Source: Eubacteriales bacterium
GTDB taxonomy: Bacteria; Bacillota; Clostridia; Oscillospirales; CAG-272
Direction: 5' to 3'
Length of the DNA stretch: 51,734 bases
NCBI GenBank assembly: GCA_045606685.1
Contig: JAZUSJ010000058.1
Coordinates: 1 to 51,734, forward strand
Shown here: piece by piece, positions 47,657-51,734 of the stretch
How positions within the stretch are numbered: the stretch's first letter is position 1
Layout: each line of letters begins with the position of its first letter
The notes under the pieces: generated by a model
Told to the model about the DNA's origin: nothing
Database searches by the model: none
The model's input: only the letters and a program-made list of their open reading frames with translations
Translations under genes and position numbers: made by a program

Positions 47657-47845
47657 CGAAACAGGACGGTAAAGCAAACTAAACTGTTCGAGGAACGGAT
47701 AAATTGCCTTATAATACAAGGGTTAATAGAACTAACTGTTCAAAACACGGAAAATGAATTGGCAAACCGTGCAGATGAGCGCTAATGCGAAAAAGCGCAT
47801 TTTGTCGTACCTGTTTTGGTGTGCAAGCGGTGGTCATATTGCACA
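47657..47845 (+). ncRNA. Candidate structured non-coding RNA (unassigned)
   Basis: Long-range closing stem 47657-47673 with 47801-47818, several internal hairpins, a trailing hairpin and orphan -10 elements upstream; no family recognised. Confidence 0.3.
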
Positions 47846-47967
47846 ATTTCGATTATCCGGATTATTACATGATTGCTGAACCGAATGTAAGGAAACTTGT
47901 TTTTGTGTATATTTGACTAAATGCGTAAATAAAGAGAGAAAACTGTATGAATTTTTCCGATATTAAA

Positions 47968-47996
47968 TTGACTATCGTGAAAATATCTGTTATAAT
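47968..47996 (+). promoter_or_regulatory. sigmaA promoter of the plus-strand GH78 gene
   Basis: TTGACT-17 bp-TATAAT with TG extension, about 40 bp before ATG 48036. Confidence 0.8.
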
Positions 47997-48035
47997 GGTA
48001 ATGAAATCAATCTCTTGCAAAAACGGAGGTAACAC

Positions 48036-50627
48036 ATGCTTCAATTGCTTGATTTAAGAATCGATCACAATTCGGCTCCCAATATTGCTGCAACACACGG
48101 CTTGCGCTTTGCCTGGAAGCTCGCATCGGATCTGAATGATGTAATGCAAAAAACGTACAGAGTCACAATATGTAAGGATGCAGAAATCGTATTTGATTCA
48201 GACACCGTCGAATCAGATCAGTCCTGTGACGTCACGTTCCCGGAGCTTTTCTTACAACCTGCTACGGAATACGAGTGGAATCTTTGTGTGAAAGACAACC
48301 ATCAGCAAAGCGCGGTTGCAACCTTGAAATTCTCGACCGAGCTGTACGCGGACATGTGGCAAGCACAATGGATTACCCCCTCCAACCATATCGTCAGCTG
48401 GGCGCCTTATCTGAGAAAAAAGTTCTGTGCAAAGTCCGGCGTAAGACGCGCCGTTTTATATGCGTGCGGACTTGGGTGTGCAGAATATTATATCAATGGC
48501 AAAAAGATTGCGGACGACTATATCGATCCGCCGTTTACCAACTATGAAAAAGAAGTATTATATCGTGCCTATGATGTAACCGCTCTGCTTGATCAAAGCA
48601 ACGCACTCGTCGCTTGGCTGGGAGAGGGCTTTTACGAACAAAGCCAGGTGTGGACGTACAACGGCTTCAGTTACGGTAAGGTATGCCTGATCGCACGTCT
48701 GGAGATCGAATATGAGGACGGTACAAGAGACGCTATCGTGACGGATACATCATGGAAGTGCAAAAACAGTCCGATTACACACAACAATATCTACGTTGGC
48801 GAAACGTATGATGCAAGACTTGAAACCCCCGATTTTGCCGATGCAAACGGAAGTGATGCAGGCTGGTGCGATTGTATTGTGGATGATACCCCGAAAGGAG
48901 AACTCAAGCCCTGCAATATGCCTCCCGTCAGAATTATCAAACGCATTCCCGCAAAGAGCGTCACCCCCGCATGCGGTGCTAGTGATAGTGCATGGATCAT
49001 TGACCTTGGAGAAAACTTTGCCGGTGTCGTGGAATATCATCTGCCGCGTTGCTCAAGAGGCAAGCTGTTGGTATTCAGATACTCCGAAACGCTCAACCAT
49101 GCAGGACAGCCCGATTACCGCTCTACGGGCGGATTTGCTACGCAGTGCGTGCAGCAGGATATCTATATTGCAAAGGGAGATCCCGATGGCGAGATCTGGC
49201 GTCCCCGTTTTACCTACCACGGATTCCGTTATATTGAGATCAGCGGTGTTGATTTCTGTCATGAATACGGTAAGATCCCCGAGGTCAGCATTGCTGTCGG
49301 TTGCGCACTGTCGACCGATCTTGAGCAGGACGGCACATTCCAATCCTCCTCTGATGACCTGAATTTGCTGCATGAGATCATTTGTCGCACGTTCCGTTCA
49401 AACTATCATGGGTTGCCCGAGGATTGTCCTGCGCGTGAAAAATGCGGTTGGCTGGGAGATGCACAGATTGTATGCAATACAGGCATCATGAATTACAATA
49501 TGGTCACCTCATATGAAAAATATTTGAGCGATATCCGCACGCAAAAGGAAGTTTACGGTACGTGGACAATGATCGCGCCCGGTAAACGCGGTTGCGGAGA
49601 AGCATCGCCGCTTTGGGGCTGTGCGCAGATTATCATTCCATACTGGCTATACAATTACTGTAATGATTCCTCGGCCATCACGCAAAACTGGGATCTGATG
49701 CAGGCTTGGGTAGAGCATGAATTGGCAAGATCCAAGGAATATATCATTTCCGAAGGCTTGGGTGACTGGTGTCCGCCCGGTGGAGAACGGAGCGAGCGCA
49801 GAATTCCCGTGGCACATTCGTCTACTTTAATGTTCTATGAGATCTGCATAAAAATGGCTGAAATGAGCAATCATTTCGGATATGGCAACGCAAAATACTA
49901 TACTGATCTTGCAAAAAAGATCTCTGACTCCTTCATTGAGCATTTTTATGATCATGATAAGCATACGTACGGTACGTGGGCATCTGATGCAGTAGCACTG
50001 ACGCTTGGTGTTTATCCCGAATTTGACAGGGAAGCACTGCTAAATGCTTTGAAAAACAGCATCATTGCAGATGACTATGCGATGAGCACGGGTATCTACG
50101 GAAATAAGTATCTCATTCCTCTGCTATTTGAAGAAGGAATGGGAGATATGGCGATGGAGATCATGTTCAACCGCAGACACACAAGCTTTGGTACCATGAT
50201 GGATGACGGTGCCACCTCGTTTTGGGAGGTACTGGACATGCGCCATGTTATAGAAGACCGCAGTCAAACGGTTTCTTCTTACAATCACCCCATGCATAGC
50301 GGCTTTGCTTATATTTATTTCGCATATCTTGGCGGCCTGCAGCCTGCAGAACCCGGATTCAAAACCTTTGTTGTTAAGCCTTATCACGTAAAGGGAGTAG
50401 ACAGCGTAGCGATCACATACGAGTGTCAGTACGGACAAATTACAGTATCCGTTGATAAAACGGATAACGGATACACTTATGAGGTCAAGGTGCCTGCAAA
50501 TACACAATGCGTGTTTGCCTTTGCTGAAGCCGTGGAGATCACAGCCGAGGACGGCACAAAAATGATTTGTCCCGAAGATGAAACCTGTTGCGTTGGCTCC
50601 GGTACATATCGCGCGGTAAGCTTGTAA
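48036..50627 (+). CDS. GH78 alpha-L-rhamnosidase family protein
   Basis: APYLRK.F, GETYDAR, DLGENFAG, FTYHGFRY, PEDCPAREKCGWLGD, GATSFWE, SYNHPM; no signal peptide. Confidence 0.92.
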   Translation: MLQLLDLRIDHNSAPNIAATHGLRFAWKLASDLNDVMQKTYRVTICKDAEIVFDSDTVESDQSCDVTFPELFLQPATEYEWNLCVKDNHQQSAVATLKFSTELYADMWQAQWITPSNHIVSWAPYLRKKFCAKSGVRRAVLYACGLGCAEYYINGKKIADDYIDPPFTNYEKEVLYRAYDVTALLDQSNALVAWLGEGFYEQSQVWTYNGFSYGKVCLIARLEIEYEDGTRDAIVTDTSWKCKNSPITHNNIYVGETYDARLETPDFADANGSDAGWCDCIVDDTPKGELKPCNMPPVRIIKRIPAKSVTPACGASDSAWIIDLGENFAGVVEYHLPRCSRGKLLVFRYSETLNHAGQPDYRSTGGFATQCVQQDIYIAKGDPDGEIWRPRFTYHGFRYIEISGVDFCHEYGKIPEVSIAVGCALSTDLEQDGTFQSSSDDLNLLHEIICRTFRSNYHGLPEDCPAREKCGWLGDAQIVCNTGIMNYNMVTSYEKYLSDIRTQKEVYGTWTMIAPGKRGCGEASPLWGCAQIIIPYWLYNYCNDSSAITQNWDLMQAWVEHELARSKEYIISEGLGDWCPPGGERSERRIPVAHSSTLMFYEICIKMAEMSNHFGYGNAKYYTDLAKKISDSFIEHFYDHDKHTYGTWASDAVALTLGVYPEFDREALLNALKNSIIADDYAMSTGIYGNKYLIPLLFEEGMGDMAMEIMFNRRHTSFGTMMDDGATSFWEVLDMRHVIEDRSQTVSSYNHPMHSGFAYIYFAYLGGLQPAEPGFKTFVVKPYHVKGVDSVAITYECQYGQITVSVDKTDNGYTYEVKVPANTQCVFAFAEAVEITAEDGTKMICPEDETCCVGSGTYRAVSL

Positions 50628-50662
50628 CAGTTCCAATATTTTTGATTGAAAGGAGAAACGAT

Positions 50663-51734
50663 ATGCCCAATATTATTGATTATCTGAAATGGCGTGGTGA
50701 TATCACATTTGAGCAAGTCAAGCTCAATGAAGTTGATAATTTGATTCTTTCCCAGCTTGCATTTGTCGATTTTTCGGGCATCGTGCCTTCTGATCCAGCA
50801 GCTCCTCCCGTTACGGTAAAGCAAGCGGCGATGCAGTTTTTCTTCGAGAATGATATCAAAAAGAATTCTCGTCCGGGATTGATCATTTCACAGCAGACAT
50901 ATAAAATGTTCCGCCTGATGGCGCAATCCAAGCGTTTTGCCGATCTTCAGCTTTCTGCTTATGTCAATGAGATAGACTTAAAGCAAGAGAAGCAATTCAG
51001 CGCGCTTACCATCAGGCTCAAAGAAAAACTGTCTTATATAAGCATTCGCGGCACGGATGACACGATCGTTGGTTGGAAAGAGGATTTCAATTTGTCTTTT
51101 TTGGATGAGATCCCTTCACAAAGACGTGTCGTGGAATATGTCAATTCCATATGCGCTGTACAGCCCGGAAATTTTTACGTAGGCGGTCATTCAAAAGGGG
51201 GGCATCTTGCTCTGTATTCTCTTGTAAAATGCGCCCCGGAGTATAAAAACCGTATTGTGGCAGGCTTTAGCAATGATGGCCCGGGATTTTCAAAGGATTT
51301 CACAAAGCTGCCGGAATATAAGGCAGCCGAATCCAAGTTTCACATTTATATGCCGCAAAATTCCATTGTGGGGATGTTTTTTGAAAACAGTGAAAGACGC
51401 AGAGTCGTAAAAAGCAGTCATATCGGTGTCTTCCAGCATGACGGTATGTCATGGGAGGTCATGGGATCGGGATTTGTCCGCGTCAAAAAGCTTGGGAATG
51501 ATGCGATTAACACAGTTCTGCTCAATGAGCGCATACATGCGCTGCCGCTTGAAGCGAGAAAGCATTTTGTTGATGTGTTATTCGGAATGTTGGAATCAAC
51601 AGGAGTCAAAACGCTGTCCGAGCTAAACGCCAAGGGCTTGAAGAGCATGATCGCTATGATCAAGACCTTCAATGACCTTGATAAAAAGGAGCGAGATCTG
51701 ATGCTGCTTCTGATCGCAGAGCTGCTTGATCTGC
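50663..51734 (+). CDS. DUF2974 (Mbeg1-like) alpha/beta hydrolase, truncated by window end
   Basis: ATG 50663 after AAGGAG; MPNIIDYLKWRGD..F....LNEVDNLILSQL, QFSA, RGTDDT.VGWKEDF, GGHSKGG, NDGPGF. Open to the window end, so absent from the ORF track. Confidence 0.88.
   Translation, partial: MPNIIDYLKWRGDITFEQVKLNEVDNLILSQLAFVDFSGIVPSDPAAPPVTVKQAAMQFFFENDIKKNSRPGLIISQQTYKMFRLMAQSKRFADLQLSAYVNEIDLKQEKQFSALTIRLKEKLSYISIRGTDDTIVGWKEDFNLSFLDEIPSQRRVVEYVNSICAVQPGNFYVGGHSKGGHLALYSLVKCAPEYKNRIVAGFSNDGPGFSKDFTKLPEYKAAESKFHIYMPQNSIVGMFFENSERRRVVKSSHIGVFQHDGMSWEVMGSGFVRVKKLGNDAINTVLLNERIHALPLEARKHFVDVLFGMLESTGVKTLSELNAKGLKSMIAMIKTFNDLDKKERDLMLLLIAELLDL

Noticed and set aside
47600-47785. 61-aa ORF in the LRR/GH78 intergenic region
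   Set aside because: No RBS and no recognisable protein features; the region is better explained as regulatory or RNA.
47755-47800. c-di-GMP-I riboswitch suggested by GGCAAACC
   Set aside because: The GAAA-loop stem and GACGCAAAGC segment expected after GGCAAACC are missing.

Overview
Chromosomal segment of a Clostridia-like Bacillota bacterium, inferred from sigmaA-type promoters, the yabP/yabQ sporulation genes and cdaA-cdaR. In order: the left end of an IS3-family element cut by the window edge; a his operon on the minus strand (hisZGDCBHAF-IE) with a HisR-type operator; a GrpB/pyrophosphatase fusion with mntP; an accessory block of one membrane-anchored XRE regulator and three tandem ECF sigma/anti-sigma pairs; a 1131-aa uncharacterised lipoprotein; rhaA; divergent nadE and pncB; a DUF4091/GH123-like lipoprotein; a long housekeeping run (cdaA, cdaR, FAD oxidoreductase, recJ, rel, dtd, hemZ, nucleoside kinase, yabM, mazG, hup, yabO, yabP, yabQ, divIC, smpB); an XRE-TPR regulator; two GH78 rhamnosidases flanking a BspA-type LRR gene and a 700-bp structured intergenic region; and a truncated DUF2974 hydrolase. 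The most striking feature is the ECF array. Each pair ends in the same 26-bp palindrome (AAGGCGAGCG-N6-CGCTCGCCTT), which is fused to the next unit's promoter. Two otherwise unrelated anti-sigma genes share a 78-bp near-identical transmembrane-coding block, suggesting a shuffled sensor-cassette system. Also notable are an apparently glutaminase-dead NadE and a candidate orphan ncRNA. All calls come from reading the sequence by eye; no searches were run.
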